From Parcubacteria group bacterium GW2011_GWD2_38_11 (GTDB lineage: Bacteria; Patescibacteriota; Minisyncoccia; Moranbacterales; GWC2-37-73), in the NCBI GenBank assembly GCA_000992325.1, contig LBTZ01000001.1, positions 1 to 60,994 on the forward strand: a stretch of 60,994 nucleotides of DNA. Reading direction: 5' to 3'. Below the pieces are notes generated by a model. The model saw only the letters and a program-made list of their open reading frames with translations. It did not search any database and had not been told where the DNA came from. Every line of letters starts with the position of its first letter. Within the stretch, counting starts at the first letter, position 1. Positions 52,378 to 60,994 of this stretch are shown in pieces. A program made the position numbers and the translations under genes.

Positions 52378-53079
52378 TTATAAAATTCCCTCAGCCTCTT
52401 TTTCCACTCGAGCTAAAAACATATTAACAAATTTAAGTCTTTCGTTCGCAACTTTTTTTGCAGTTTTCGTATGCATCACACTTGGAAGTTTTTTGGCTTT
52501 TATTTCATGTTCATAAAAAACATTATGCAAACTATTGTCTTTTATCCTGCCAGTGAGTTTTCCTCCAACCAAATTTAATTTTGCATATTTTTCCAACTCC
52601 ATCTTAGGAAAAATACTGCAACCATTTCTACCCATCCACATCCCAGCGCGCAGAATTACAATTGCACCCAGTGAATCCAATTTATCCGCATCAAACAATA
52701 TCCTTGCCTCAATTGTCTCTGGTTTATTGTTTGTCTTGTAGCGATGAGCTGAAATACAGTGCCTAACTTTCTCTATTTTTCCATCAGAATATCCTATTTT
52801 TTTCAAGATAGGCGCACACATTTTTGCAGATTCCTCAGCATGACAAGTATTGCCAGTTTTATCATCATCTTCTTTTACGCGCGCAATATCATGCAGCAAT
52901 GTCGCCATTTTCAAAATATCCAAATCAACTTTCTTTTCATGCTTCGCAATTGAAAGTGCCGTGTTATATACGCGCATGACATGATCCATATCATGAGCAC
53001 TGCAAGATAATTCTTTTTCAACTATTTCTTGAATTTTTCCATACTTTCCAGCCAATCTTCTTTGTTTCCAAATTTTCAT
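52378..53079 (-). CDS. HD-domain phosphohydrolase
   Basis: H..H (AHDMDHVMRV) and LLHDIAR motifs. Confidence 0.75.
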   Translation of the reverse strand: MKIWKQRRLAGKYGKIQEIVEKELSCSAHDMDHVMRVYNTALSIAKHEKKVDLDILKMATLLHDIARVKEDDDKTGNTCHAEESAKMCAPILKKIGYSDGKIEKVRHCISAHRYKTNNKPETIEARILFDADKLDSLGAIVILRAGMWMGRNGCSIFPKMELEKYAKLNLVGGKLTGRIKDNSLHNVFYEHEIKAKKLPSVMHTKTAKKVANERLKFVNMFLARVEKEAEGIL

Positions 53080-53093
53080 AAGATAAATATTAG

Positions 53094-53197
53094 AGTGAGC
53101 ATACTTTTTATTTTTTGCATTGGAATAATCCTCCTTGGCGTTATGTCAAATAGTTGCAATTATTCCACCGCACAAAAATAAAATGTATGCGAACGAC
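53094..53197. mobile_element. Family E long-hairpin element, copy 3, in a 5' UTR
   Basis: Arms gagcatactttttattttttgc / gcacaaaaataaaatgtatgc. Inner helix ggaataat/attattcc. Apical segment ccttggcgttatgtcaaatagttgcaatt. Confidence 0.7.
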
Positions 53198-53215
53198 TAA
53201 CACAAAAAAATAAAC

Positions 53216-54481
53216 TTATTTTGAAACCCTTTTAATATCCGCACCAAGTGCAGCCAAGCGTTCTTCAATCCTCTCATATCCGCGGTCAACTTGATAAATT
53301 TCATCAATAGTTGTGGTTCCTTTGGCGCAAAGCGCTGCAATAATAAGCGATGCTCCGGCGCGAAGATCAAAACTTTTGATTGAACTACCTTTCAATTGAA
53401 CCGGTCCAGTAATGACAGCTTGATGAGGATTCAGAATTTTGGAATGCGCTCCCATTTTTTCAAGCTCGCTTAGATAATTAAAGCGTCCTTCAAAAATTGT
53501 ATCAAAAATCATCGTTTCCCCTTCAGCTTGCGTCGCCAAAACTCCAAGAGGTTGCTGCACATCAGAAGGTACACCGGGATATGTGCGAGTATCAATCTTT
53601 TCGATTGCAAATAATTTTTCTTGCGGAATAACAGTAATTGCGTTGTCTTTGATTTCAAAAGCTGCGCCAAATTGCCTAAGTCTTTCCAAAACAATATCCA
53701 GATTTTCTTCGCGCGCGTTATTAACAGTAATTGGACTTTTTGTTGCCACACCCATAATTAAAAATGTTGCAGCTTCATTAGCATCAGGAATTATTTTATG
53801 CTCAGCGCCAGAAAGTTTTTCATTTCCAGTAATCTCCAAAGTATGCGTTCCAAGTCCTATTATTTTCGCTCCCATAGAAATCAAAAATCTTCCCAAATCT
53901 TCAACGTGTGGTTCGCAAGCCGCAATCTTAATAGTTGTCTTATCTGGCAGCGCCGCAGCCAACATCATTGCATTTTCAGTTGCTGTAACTGAAAATTCTC
54001 TAAGCACAACCTTGCCTGCATTTCGTGAGCTCGCATCAACAATATAACAATTTTCATCTTGCGTGATATTTACTCCCATTTTTTCCAAAGCATCAAAATG
54101 AGTTCCGACGGGACGCTTACCAATCGTACAACCTCCCGGATGAGCAATCTTGAAATTGTCGACACGCGCACTTAAGCTACCCAACAACAAAATTGAGGAG
54201 CGTAGCTTTTTCACGATTTGCAAATCTATTTTGGCTGGATCAAGATCTTTGGCGCAAATTCTCACTGTGCGCTCGCCTTCCCAGACAACCGTCACATTCA
54301 TACTCTCCAAGATTTCAAGCATTCGATACACATCTTCAATAAGCGGTATATTAGAAATAACACATTCCTCATTGGTCAAAAGCGTGGCAGCCAAAATAGG
54401 CGTGGTCGCATTTTTTGACCCCCTAACATCTATTGTTCCTGAAAGTGTTTTACCACCTTGTATTTCAAAATATTCAGTCAT
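53216..54481 (-). CDS. murA: UDP-N-acetylglucosamine 1-carboxyvinyltransferase
   Basis: 421 aa. SGSKNATTPILAATLL-type N-terminus, catalytic loop HPGGCTIGKRPV, C-terminal RGYERIEERL. Confidence 0.95.
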   Translation of the reverse strand: MTEYFEIQGGKTLSGTIDVRGSKNATTPILAATLLTNEECVISNIPLIEDVYRMLEILESMNVTVVWEGERTVRICAKDLDPAKIDLQIVKKLRSSILLLGSLSARVDNFKIAHPGGCTIGKRPVGTHFDALEKMGVNITQDENCYIVDASSRNAGKVVLREFSVTATENAMMLAAALPDKTTIKIAACEPHVEDLGRFLISMGAKIIGLGTHTLEITGNEKLSGAEHKIIPDANEAATFLIMGVATKSPITVNNAREENLDIVLERLRQFGAAFEIKDNAITVIPQEKLFAIEKIDTRTYPGVPSDVQQPLGVLATQAEGETMIFDTIFEGRFNYLSELEKMGAHSKILNPHQAVITGPVQLKGSSIKSFDLRAGASLIIAALCAKGTTTIDEIYQVDRGYERIEERLAALGADIKRVSK

Positions 54482-54597
54482 ATTTGTCTTATTTTAAGCC
54501 TAAATTTCTATTATCCCACCTATAGACCCATTATACAGACTTATGACTTTTTTTCAAGACCAGTCATTCACGAATGACGGGTCAAGCCCAATTAAAA

Positions 54598-54626
54598 AAA
54601 CGATACCTTTAGTATCGCTTTTCTAT
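54598..54626 (-). terminator. Terminator after the CAP-domain gene
   Basis: The minus strand reads agcgatac-taaa-ggtatcgt followed by T7. Confidence 0.6.
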
Positions 54627-54637
54627 TTGCAATATCT

Positions 54638-55480
54638 TTATGCATGTCTATTTCTGACATCATGCAAGATAAACAACTGATTATGTTTTTTATGAATCAA
54701 AGCAGCAACATCCACAATAATAATCAGGAAAGCAATTCCGAAAACAGCAAGCCATCCAAATAATGTAGGTTTATTATTTTGATAAATTTCATTTAAATCT
54801 ATTTTATTTGAAATTTTTTCAGCAGAATTATTTTGCAATAAAGATACCACACCTGCTCCAGCAACGCTAGATTCTTGCTTGGGCGTATTAGAAACAACTG
54901 TTGCAATAGATTTTTGAGGAAGTTTAGTGCCAAACATCTGCACAGCAACAATTGTTTTGTGCCCATCAATAACCCCCTGCTTCACTGCAACACCAATTTC
55001 TTGATAATCAGAATTTAAAATATTTTTTCGATGAAGAGGACTATTCATCCAAGCTATTTGCTGATCTTCAGCATTTGTATAATTTATAGCTAAATTCTCT
55101 CCAGCATAATGATAATCATAACTCGCATTTTCAATCCATAGCCAAGGAGATTTTCCGCTGGGAGAAATGTGAGCAAAATAATTATTACTAATCATATCTT
55201 GAGCTTTATCTTGGGCAGCCTTTTGCAAAAGGTCATTTTTTGTAAGCACAGCAACATTGGCACTGACGCGAGCATTATTGACCAAATTGATAACATTTTC
55301 AGCTGTGATGTCAGAAGCTTGAGTAATGGCAATATTAAAAACAGAAAACATTGCGACAGCCACAAAAACCTCCGCAGCGAAGCCTTTTTTACGAGTGTTA
55401 TCAATTTTTTTGTTTATATGCAGCATACCCAGTAGTAGAAATTCGAATGGGCTTTGCCCCTTCCAAATTATCCCTTTCAC
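54638..55480 (-). CDS. CAP/SCP (YkwD-like) domain protein with C-terminal TM anchor
   Basis: NNYFAHISPSGKSPW...YAGENLA...WMNSPLHRKNIL..YQEIGVAV is the bacterial SCP/CAP signature. Confidence 0.75.
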   Translation of the reverse strand: MKGIIWKGQSPFEFLLLGMLHINKKIDNTRKKGFAAEVFVAVAMFSVFNIAITQASDITAENVINLVNNARVSANVAVLTKNDLLQKAAQDKAQDMISNNYFAHISPSGKSPWLWIENASYDYHYAGENLAINYTNAEDQQIAWMNSPLHRKNILNSDYQEIGVAVKQGVIDGHKTIVAVQMFGTKLPQKSIATVVSNTPKQESSVAGAGVVSLLQNNSAEKISNKIDLNEIYQNNKPTLFGWLAVFGIAFLIIIVDVAALIHKKHNQLFILHDVRNRHA

Positions 55481-55591
55481 TTATTTACCAATATTATAAA
55501 TTTTCATCCATGCCTCATATAGCTTAAATTATTTCGAATTTTCACCACTGGGCATATATTTGTTTAAAAGAAAAAGGGCGCTCCGCAAGCG

Positions 55592-55629
55592 CCTGCCCGC
55601 AATGCGTGAGCATAGCGATGCAGGCGGGG
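55592..55629. repeat. Family B palindrome (intergenic)
   Basis: cctgcccgcaatgcgtgagcatagcgatgcaggcgggg. Confidence 0.85.
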
Positions 55630-55689
55630 AAACACCCTTCTTTTAACCTCTTATATACAATTATAGCATACTTTTAGACAAAAAGCAAA

Positions 55690-55810
55690 CCCGATACGAA
55701 ACTACGAATTAAACACGAATCTACAAAAACTAACAAAAAATCTTACATTAAAAAATCAAGGCTCGGCATTTTGTTCGTAGATTCGAATATGTTTCGTAGT
55801 TTCGTATCGG
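55690..55810. repeat. Family C paired inverted arms with ~45-nt spacer (empty version of the unit that holds the GxxExxY gene)
   Basis: cccgatacgaaactacgaattaaacacgaatctac ... gttcgtagattcgaatatgtttcgtagtttcgtatcgg. Confidence 0.8.
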
Positions 55811-55811
55811 A

Positions 55812-57209
55812 TTACTTAAGTTTCTTCACTGCATCTCGGAATTTATCCCCGCGATCAAATTCATTAGCAAAGAGTCCGAAGCTGGCAGCCCCTGGTGAAA
55901 GCAAAACAACATCACCTTGCTCTGCTTTCTTTTGAGCAAGTGTGGTTGCCTCCGCCATTGAACTGACGGTTTCAATATTGCCCAAAAATTCCTCGCTAGC
56001 AATTTTTCTAAGTTTTTCAAGAATTTTTTCTGTTGCATTACCTTTCAATAAAATAGTATTTTTGGTTTTTTCCAAAATTTCCCCTGCAAACTCCGTAAAG
56101 TCTAAATTTTTATCTGTTCCCCCTGCAATCAAAATGATTGGTTTCTCAAAAGCATTGAGACCTGAAATAGCCGCATCCGGAATTGTCGCCGCAGTATCAT
56201 TATAATATTTCACACCTCTAAGCTCGCGCACAAATTCCAATCGATGAGCAACCCCCTTCAATTGAGGCAGAGCCTTTTTAATTTCTACCGCGCTAATCCC
56301 AAAAGCATATACTGCTCCGATTGCTGCCATCACGTTAGAAAGATTATGTCTCCCGGGAATAAGCACATCCTTAATCGCAGCTAGTTTTTTAACATCAATT
56401 CCATTGTTAAGATATATTGCCTCATCTTCAATAAACACGGCTCTGCTTCGCTTTAGCGGCTGGTATGAAAAACGCACGACTTGTGCAGACACCTCCTTGG
56501 TTGCCTCCTTGAGAAGTTCGTCATCATTATTCATAACTAGCCAATCTTTGGGCTTCTGATTTGTGAAAATATATTTTTTATCCTGAAAATATTTTTCCAT
56601 CGTACCATAATAATTAAGATGGTCCGGCATAATATTTTTAAACACAGCAATGTGCGGACTAAGTTTTGCCCGACCCAGTCCAGAAAGACGCCAAGAAGAT
56701 AATTCAAAAACCACCACTGAATCTTTTTTTAGTAGCAACAACTTGTCCAACACGGAAACTTGTCCGATACCAATTTTTATCGGATTTTTTCCAACTGTTT
56801 TTAATATTTCATAGATAAGAGTGGCGGTAGTCGTTTTTCCCTTGGTGCCAGTCACCCCGATTATTTTGTTTTTGCAAATCTTAAAGAAAAGACTGGAATC
56901 CATTTCAACCGGAACTTTGTTTTCAAGAGCAAATTTAATATGTTTGTCAGACCAAGATGCAGCTGGATTCTTGATCACCATATCAACCTTTGAAAAATCT
57001 TCCATCCTATGATGACCCAAAACATACTCCACATTTTTAAGACCTTTAAGTTTTTCCAGCGATGCACCGAGCTGCTCCTTTGTTCGCAAATCAGTTGCAA
57101 TAACTTTTGCTCCCTGCGTCACTAAAAACTTCACCGTGCCAACTCCGCCACCATGAAGACCGATACCCATTACTGTTATTTTCTTGTTCTTGAAAAAAGA
57201 TAACTCCAT
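55812..57209 (-). CDS. murD: UDP-N-acetylmuramoylalanine--D-glutamate ligase
   Basis: GIGLHGGGVGTVKFL, P-loop GVTGTKGKTTT, Mur ligase C-terminal domain. The ATG at 57209 is preferred; the upstream 21 codons of the track ORF are repeat sequence. Confidence 0.9.
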   Translation of the reverse strand: MELSFFKNKKITVMGIGLHGGGVGTVKFLVTQGAKVIATDLRTKEQLGASLEKLKGLKNVEYVLGHHRMEDFSKVDMVIKNPAASWSDKHIKFALENKVPVEMDSSLFFKICKNKIIGVTGTKGKTTTATLIYEILKTVGKNPIKIGIGQVSVLDKLLLLKKDSVVVFELSSWRLSGLGRAKLSPHIAVFKNIMPDHLNYYGTMEKYFQDKKYIFTNQKPKDWLVMNNDDELLKEATKEVSAQVVRFSYQPLKRSRAVFIEDEAIYLNNGIDVKKLAAIKDVLIPGRHNLSNVMAAIGAVYAFGISAVEIKKALPQLKGVAHRLEFVRELRGVKYYNDTAATIPDAAISGLNAFEKPIILIAGGTDKNLDFTEFAGEILEKTKNTILLKGNATEKILEKLRKIASEEFLGNIETVSSMAEATTLAQKKAEQGDVVLLSPGAASFGLFANEFDRGDKFRDAVKKLK

Positions 57210-57369
57210 AAAAATACAGTCATCAGTCATCAGCAAACAATCATCACAGATAAACCCAGACGATTTATCCAATAAAATAGATGACTAATGACAAGTGACT
57301 GATAACTTTTTATATTTACAATAGACTGCAGTTTACACGATAATCAATAAATAATCAACCAGTCAACAT

Positions 57370-58962
57370 TTAAAACTCGAACAATGATGATTTTCTGCGA
57401 AGTACGACGCCAGCACGCTCCTCTAAGATTTTTCCATTTTTAATTGCAGGACGTCCATTGACAAGCACCCATTCGATGCCTTGTGAATATTGATATGGAT
57501 TTTCGATTGTGGCAAGATCCTGAATATTTGCCGGATCAAAAACTACGATATCAGCAAAATTTCCTTTTGTAATAATACCCCGCTTTTCAATGTTGAATTT
57601 TTCTGCAGGTAAGCCTGACATTTTACGAATAGCTTCTTCCCAACCAACAACACCTCTTTCCCGCACGTAATCCGCTAGTACTCTTGGAAATGAACCGAAG
57701 TTGCGAGGATGCACAACTTCACCAGTTTCCCTGTGTTCAATACTATATCCTGATCCGTTTGAAGAAATAATTGAAAAAGGATTAATAACTCCTTTATCCA
57801 CATTCTTTTCACTAAGCACTTCCATCATCGTCACCACTCGACCTTCACTGGCAATAAGAACATCAACAATTGTGTCTTCAATGCTTTTTCCCTGAGCCTG
57901 CGCAATTTCAGTTATTTTTTTGCGATTAAGTGCTTTGTCCAAAGCTGAAATTGAAATTGTTATTTTAGAATAATCATATTCACTTGCTTTCATTTCTTTA
58001 ATAACACGTTTCCGTGTGTCTTGATCTTTGAGTCGCGAAAGCATCATATTACGCCCACCCTCAGTAACCCAATCGGGAAGCAAAATATACAAAACACTAC
58101 CCGTAGATGTATACGGATACACATCAAAATGAACATCAATTCCACTGGTGCGCGCTGTTTCAATTAAATTCAAAGCCTCTTCCATGAGTGGCCAATTTTT
58201 TTTGCCCATCACTTTAAGATGTGAAATTTGAAGCCTTACTCCTGTGATTTGCGCAACGCGAATTGCTTCTTCAACAGCCCTAATAAGCTCATGCGCTTCT
58301 CCACGAATATGCGTCGTGTACACGCCATTATATTTTTTCACAACCTCAGCTAACTCTGCAATTTCACGCGAAGATGCCAATTTGGCGTGTGTATAAACCA
58401 AGCCTGTTGAAAAACCCAGCGCCCCTTCTTTCATCGCCTGTGTCAACATTTTTTTCATTACCTTCATTTCAGCCGGACTAATATCACGAACTTCATCACC
58501 AACCAAACCTCTTCGAAGTGTTCCATGCCCTACAAGTGTTGCAAAATTCAAAGCCATTTTTCTTTGTCCAGCTTCAGCAAGAAATTCTTTCATACTAAGC
58601 CAATTAAAGCTGACATTTTTCATATCAGTCCATTTCTGAATCGATTTTATAACATCATGATTGGCCAGCGGTGCGAGGGATGATCCGCAATTTCCACCAA
58701 TAATTGTGGTAACACCCTGACATAACAAACTTTCAAGTGCAGGATCAATAAAAATTCGCCAATATGTGTCGGAATGATTGTTTACATCAATAAAACCAGG
58801 AGAGATATATTTTTTAGTCGCATCAATTTCAACTTCCGCATGCTCGTTATGCAGGTCGCCAATATCAGTGATGACACCCTCGCGAATTCCCACATCGGCG
58901 CGATACATTGGCTTACCACTACCATCAATAATTGTTCCATTTTTTATGATTACATCGAGCAT
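57370..58962 (-). CDS. Amidohydrolase-superfamily protein (D-aminoacylase / N-acyl-D-amino-acid deacylase-like)
   Basis: MLDVIIKNGTIIDGSG...ADVGIREGVITDIGDL...PGFIDVNNHSD and the length of 530 aa fit the D-aminoacylase family layout. Confidence 0.7.
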   Translation of the reverse strand: MLDVIIKNGTIIDGSGKPMYRADVGIREGVITDIGDLHNEHAEVEIDATKKYISPGFIDVNNHSDTYWRIFIDPALESLLCQGVTTIIGGNCGSSLAPLANHDVIKSIQKWTDMKNVSFNWLSMKEFLAEAGQRKMALNFATLVGHGTLRRGLVGDEVRDISPAEMKVMKKMLTQAMKEGALGFSTGLVYTHAKLASSREIAELAEVVKKYNGVYTTHIRGEAHELIRAVEEAIRVAQITGVRLQISHLKVMGKKNWPLMEEALNLIETARTSGIDVHFDVYPYTSTGSVLYILLPDWVTEGGRNMMLSRLKDQDTRKRVIKEMKASEYDYSKITISISALDKALNRKKITEIAQAQGKSIEDTIVDVLIASEGRVVTMMEVLSEKNVDKGVINPFSIISSNGSGYSIEHRETGEVVHPRNFGSFPRVLADYVRERGVVGWEEAIRKMSGLPAEKFNIEKRGIITKGNFADIVVFDPANIQDLATIENPYQYSQGIEWVLVNGRPAIKNGKILEERAGVVLRRKSSLFEF

Positions 58963-59259
58963 ATATTTTTATATTAAAAAGTTTTATTTTTGCAATTATA
59001 TTATACCAATTTTGAAGGTTTTTCGCAATAAATCATACCAACAATTTTCAATAACCAATAATCAATTTTCATTCAATTTTCAAATATTTAAATTTACAAT
59101 AAGTAATTTAATTTTGTCATTAATTCATTGAGATTTTATTGGAAATTGCCTGCCCGGCCAGGGGAAATTGACCATTGGTAATTTAAAAGGTTCGCAATAA
59201 TTGCGAACCTAGTTGGCATAGAAAATATAATTTTACAATAAAACAAAAAGCGAAGTTTT

Positions 59260-59943
59260 CTAGATCCAGCTTTTCGCTTCCAATCCCAATCTGGCGGCCT
59301 CACGCTGAGCTTCTTGCTTTGAATTTCCCTCACCTTCAGCAACCAATTCATCTGCCAAATAAACTCCCACCACAAAATGCTTGTCATGATCAGGTCCCCA
59401 TTCTTTCATTACGCGATATGAAGGTGTTACCTTGCTGTTTTCCTGCGCTTTTTCTTGAAAATAACTCTTCGGATCAAGATACAATTTTTTCTCAATTATC
59501 TCACTCAATTTCGTTGCCACATTTTTTAGTACGAATTTTTTTGTTGCATCATAACCTTGATCAAGATAGGCTGCACCAATAATAGCCTCCAATGCATTAG
59601 CTAGCAAATATTGCCGAGCGCGCCCTTTGTCCTTGGCTTCACCGCGACTCATTAATAAATATTTTTCTACTCCAATTTCCTGAGAAACAACTGCTAGCAT
59701 TTCACCGTTTACTAGTGCGCTGCGCCAACTTGTAAGTTCCCCTTCCGGGTTCTTATAGTTATTGTATAAATGTTCAGTAATAATAAGCTCAAGAACTGCA
59801 TCGCCCAAAAATTCCAAACGCTCATTGTGATCAAGCGCATAATCCCTGTTTTCATTTAAATAACTGCGATGAGTCACTGCTTGACGCAGTAATTCAATAT
59901 TATCAAACTTAATGCCAATTTTTTTAGCCAAAGAATCGATCAT
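59260..59943 (-). CDS. rnc: Ribonuclease III
   Basis: Signature ERLEFLGDAVLEL, a second catalytic region (LANALEAIIGA), and a C-terminal dsRBD. The ATG at 59943 is preferred; upstream track codons are (tttcgaa)n repeat. Confidence 0.9.
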   Translation of the reverse strand: MIDSLAKKIGIKFDNIELLRQAVTHRSYLNENRDYALDHNERLEFLGDAVLELIITEHLYNNYKNPEGELTSWRSALVNGEMLAVVSQEIGVEKYLLMSRGEAKDKGRARQYLLANALEAIIGAAYLDQGYDATKKFVLKNVATKLSEIIEKKLYLDPKSYFQEKAQENSKVTPSYRVMKEWGPDHDKHFVVGVYLADELVAEGEGNSKQEAQREAARLGLEAKSWI

Positions 59944-60083
59944 AAAATAAAAAATTTCGAATTTCGAATTTCGAATTTCGAAACAAATCCTAATGACCAA
60001 ATTCTTAAACAATTAAAAATTAGAACATTAAAAATTCATTTCAAATTAAAAATTTTAAATTAAAAATTTTAAAAAACTAATTA

Positions 60084-60590
60084 TTACGCTTCAATTTTTT
60101 CCTCCTCCACTTTTTCTATCTTTTCTTCAGATATTTCCTTATGTTTCTTCGTGCTATCATCCTTCATTGGTTCACCCATTTCACGATAAATTGTACCCAA
60201 GACGCCATTTACAAAACGCGCAGAGCTCTCACCGCCAAAAGTTTTGGCAAGCTCAATAGATTCATTGATGGCAACCTTCGGAGGGACTTCCCCATAATTG
60301 CCATGCATAAGTTCATAAATTCCCAGGCGAAGAATGTTACGATCAATAATTGTCACTTGTTCTAATGGCCATTCAGGTGCGCATTTTTCAATCAATGCGT
60401 CTATAACAGCGCGTTTTTCAAGTGTTCCTTTTGCAAGTGCCCTGACAAACTCAGACTCCTCAATACCTGGAGCAAACTCCAACACATTGCGCGCAACTAT
60501 TTCATCTATAAGCTCATCATGCTTACCTTGAAAATCCCACTCAAAAAGAGCCTGCATTGCTACTGATCTTTGAAGGTGCCTATTCGCCAT
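60084..60590 (-). CDS. nusB: Transcription antitermination factor NusB
   Basis: [13 protein letters not shown]..., [28 protein letters not shown] motifs. Confidence 0.85.
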   Translation of the reverse strand: MANRHLQRSVAMQALFEWDFQGKHDELIDEIVARNVLEFAPGIEESEFVRALAKGTLEKRAVIDALIEKCAPEWPLEQVTIIDRNILRLGIYELMHGNYGEVPPKVAINESIELAKTFGGESSARFVNGVLGTIYREMGEPMKDDSTKKHKEISEEKIEKVEEEKIEA

Positions 60591-60599
60591 TTATGTTTA

Positions 60600-60689
60600 C
60601 CGATACGAAACTACGAAACTGGTACAAATCTACGAACAAATCTTAAATTCTTTTCGTAGATTCGGATGTCATTCGTTGTTTCGGATCGC
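60600..60689. repeat. Family C paired inverted arms
   Basis: ccgatacgaaactacgaaactggtacaaatctacgaac ... ttttcgtagattcggatgtcattcgttgtttcggatcg. Confidence 0.75.
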
Positions 60690-60692
60690 TTG

Positions 60693-60893
60693 TTATTTTT
60701 GTTTTTTAACTGCTTTTTTGATTGTGTTTACAATTTCATTTCCTTTGTAAAATCCACAGTGAGTACAAACTCTGTGTGCGAGTTTTTCCTTTCCACATTT
60801 TGTGCAAGTTTGAGTTTTTACAGCTTCAATTGCAAAGCGATCACGCTTAGCGTCACGTCGTTGTTTTGTGTGTCGTTGTTTTGGTACTGACAT
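60693..60893 (-). CDS. rpmF: 50S ribosomal protein L32
   Basis: MSVPKQRHTKQRRDAKR...CTKCGKEKLAHRVCTHCGFYKG is the canonical L32. Confidence 0.9.
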   Translation of the reverse strand: MSVPKQRHTKQRRDAKRDRFAIEAVKTQTCTKCGKEKLAHRVCTHCGFYKGNEIVNTIKKAVKKQK

Positions 60894-60994
60894 ATAATTA
60901 GTTCTTAAAGTTCGTAAAGTTTACAAAGTTCATAAAGTTTAACAAAATACCTTTATTACAGCCTTAATAAATCCCAGAACATTTTTAATTAGCA

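Overview
This is a low-GC (roughly mid-30s %) bacterial chromosomal segment, densely packed with small housekeeping genes. The gene content and style are consistent with a Patescibacteria/CPR (Parcubacteria-like) genome, but that assignment is inference only.

Calls I can support:
- Translation: glyQS with a T-box leader, rpmG, rpsB, tsf, rpmE, prfA, prmC, rpmF, and four tRNAs.
- Cell wall and division: murA, murD, mreB, an FtsQ-like gene, a WecA/MraY-family gene, one GT2, two GT4 and two GT-C glycosyltransferases.
- Others: rnc, nusB, holB, rmuC, a DEAD-box helicase, an ABC exporter, a Fic protein and a LysM protein.

Observations most worth a second look:
1. A seven-gene minus-strand block (31.7-41.2 kb). 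It holds a TM-anchored HerA/VirB4/VirD4-superfamily ATPase plus six large acidic, coiled-coil or polytopic proteins with no domain I can recognise. This is my best candidate for an undescribed envelope machine.
2. A promoter-to-terminator ~350-nt structured RNA of unknown class next to that block.
3. A ~196-nt group I-like intron in the anticodon loop of tRNA-Thr(GGU).
4. A small islet beside tRNA-Trp, bounded by duplicated tRNA 3'-end fragments and carrying the Fic gene.
5. At least five families of palindromic or low-complexity repeat elements. They punctuate intergenic regions, nest within each other, flank a GxxExxY nuclease-fold gene, and sit in-frame inside several essential ORFs (prmC, two GT4 genes, the rpsB N-terminus).
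6. A small secreted subunit paired with a large anchored protein, both sharing a curli-like Asn-rich repeat.

No CRISPR array, rRNA gene, transposase or integrase was seen. All calls come from reading the sequence and the ORF track; no database search was run.
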